In this document: in pieces, positions 62,786-64,000 of the stretch
Layout: each line of letters opens with the position of its first letter
Position numbering within the stretch: position 1 is the stretch's first letter
Source of the DNA: Candidatus Oxydemutatoraceae bacterium
GTDB lineage: Bacteria; Pseudomonadota; Gammaproteobacteria; Poriferisulfidales; Oxydemutatoraceae
Length of the DNA: 64,000 nucleotides
NCBI GenBank assembly: GCA_965218975.1
Contig: OZ244717.1
Location: 256,001-320,000, forward strand
Direction: 5' to 3'
Program-made: the position numbers and the translations under genes
The notes under the pieces: model-generated
Told to the model about the DNA's origin: nothing
The model's input: the letters and a program-made list of their open reading frames with translations, nothing else
The model's database searches: none

Positions 62786-64000
62786 TGTATAATGCCGGAT
62801 ACATATGGAATTCACGGCACGACTCGAAAAGGTGACCGACATGCAATATCAGCACATCGACCACCGCATCAAAGGTTTCTATATGAGCCTGTTTAGCCTC
62901 AAAGATGGAGGCTCATGAGCGCTCTAAGCTTCAACGGAAATATGATGCCCTATTATTTTGGGAGGGTTGTAACTCCCGAACACATTCAAGGTCAGTCGCA
63001 GCACTTTTGTACCGCTGGCGCCGACGTTATCGTCGCACTGGGCTCAGCGCCTTGTATGACCGCGGCAAAGCGCCTGTCGTCCGTGACGAGATTTCGTTCT
63101 GCGAATGAACGCCAGCCTCCGACATCCTTGTCGGGTCGTTTGCCACTGAAAACCGATCGGTTTTCCGGGCGCGTCTCACCCTGACGGACGGCGGGAGCGA
63201 GTTTCAAGGACAGTTTGCCCGGCTCATCCGGGAATCACCCGCGATTGAACAGTGGCTGACCTATCCCAAGTGTCCAAAAATGAACGCGCACATCAAGCGC
63301 TTCAACCGCACCGTCCAAGAAGATTGTATTGATCATGCAGAAGACCTGCTATTTACCGATACGGAAGCATTCAATGATCGGTTATGGAACCGTTTTGTGT
63401 TTGTTGGCGGATTGTCGGCGGATGTTTAGCGCAGGGCCTGTCATCCATGACGCGACTGGATTCTGTCAACAAGCCCCAGCCCCCACATCCTTGTCGGGTC
63501 GTTCGCCGCTGAAAACCAATTGGTTTTCCGGGCGTGTCTCACCCATGACGCGACTGGGTTCTGTCAACAAGCCCCAGCCCCGACGTCCTTGTCGGGTCGT
63601 TCGCCGCTGAAAACCAATTGGTTTTCCGGGCGCGTCTCACCCATGACGCGACTGGGTTCTGTCAACAAGCCCCTGCCCCGACATCCTTGTCGGGTCGTTT
63701 GCCACTGAAAACCGATCGGTTTTCCGGGCGCGTCTCACCCTGACGGACGGCGGGAGTGAGTTTCAAGGACAGTTTGCCCGGCTCATCCGGGAATCACCCG
63801 CGATTGAGCAGTGGCTGACCTATCCCAAGTGTCTAAAAATGAACGCGCACATCGAGCGCTTCAACCGCACCGTCCAAGAAGATTGTATCGATCATGCGGA
63901 AGACCTGCTATTCGCCGATACGGAAGCATTCAATGACCAGTTATGAAACCGTTTTGTTTTATTGGTGGATTTTCGGCGGATTGTGCCGGATGTTTAGCGC
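62786..64000 (+). mobile_element. IS481-like left end followed by scrambled transposase fragments and 98-bp modules (runs off window)
   Basis: TGTATAATGCCGGATAC, MQYQHIDHRIKGFY, YDALLFWE, YRWRRR; TDGGSEF..FNDRL segment twice (63182, 63741). Confidence 0.8.
63446..63740 (+). repeat. Three tandem 98-bp palindromic modules
   Basis: Units start at 63446, 63544 and 63642. Confidence 0.92.

Noticed and set aside
63446-63740. CRISPR array
   Set aside because: Units are 98 bp and abut without unique spacers; intervening DNA elsewhere is transposase; no cas genes

Overview
This window looks like a chromosome segment of a sulfur-oxidizing gammaproteobacterium; the taxonomy is inferred from the reverse-type dsrABEFHCMKLJOPN operon. 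The backbone carries phoU (partial), pstCAB, phoBR, ergothioneine genes egtD/C/B, an Ala/Gly symporter, nadC, a moxR-batA-type operon, class I aldolase, the dsr operon, an orphan DNA methyltransferase, nth, an rnf operon, a broken TorF-like porin, metG and a PLP histidine-decarboxylase-family gene with an ACT partner. An accessory defence island (~19.4-36.75 kb) holds a HEAT-repeat-fused MTase plus a CfrBI-like REase, a tRNA-Ser 3' remnant, scrambled IS481/IS1634 debris and an 8-gene locus. That locus pairs an SspABCD-like phosphorothioation module (Cys desulfurase, DUF4007, large ATPase, PAPS-reductase-like) with a convergent PbeABCD-like effector module (PLD-SF2 helicase, small protein, Rad50/DndD-like CxC ATPase, small protein), and it is the best candidate for an uncharacterised system. 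Other oddities: an RnfB-RnfC' fusion that has lost the NADH/FMN domain; a 98-bp palindromic module present 8 times and joined to different pieces of one transposase; and IS left ends that bracket both the PT island and a Gtr-like glycosylation cassette. All family calls come from motif recognition, not database searches.
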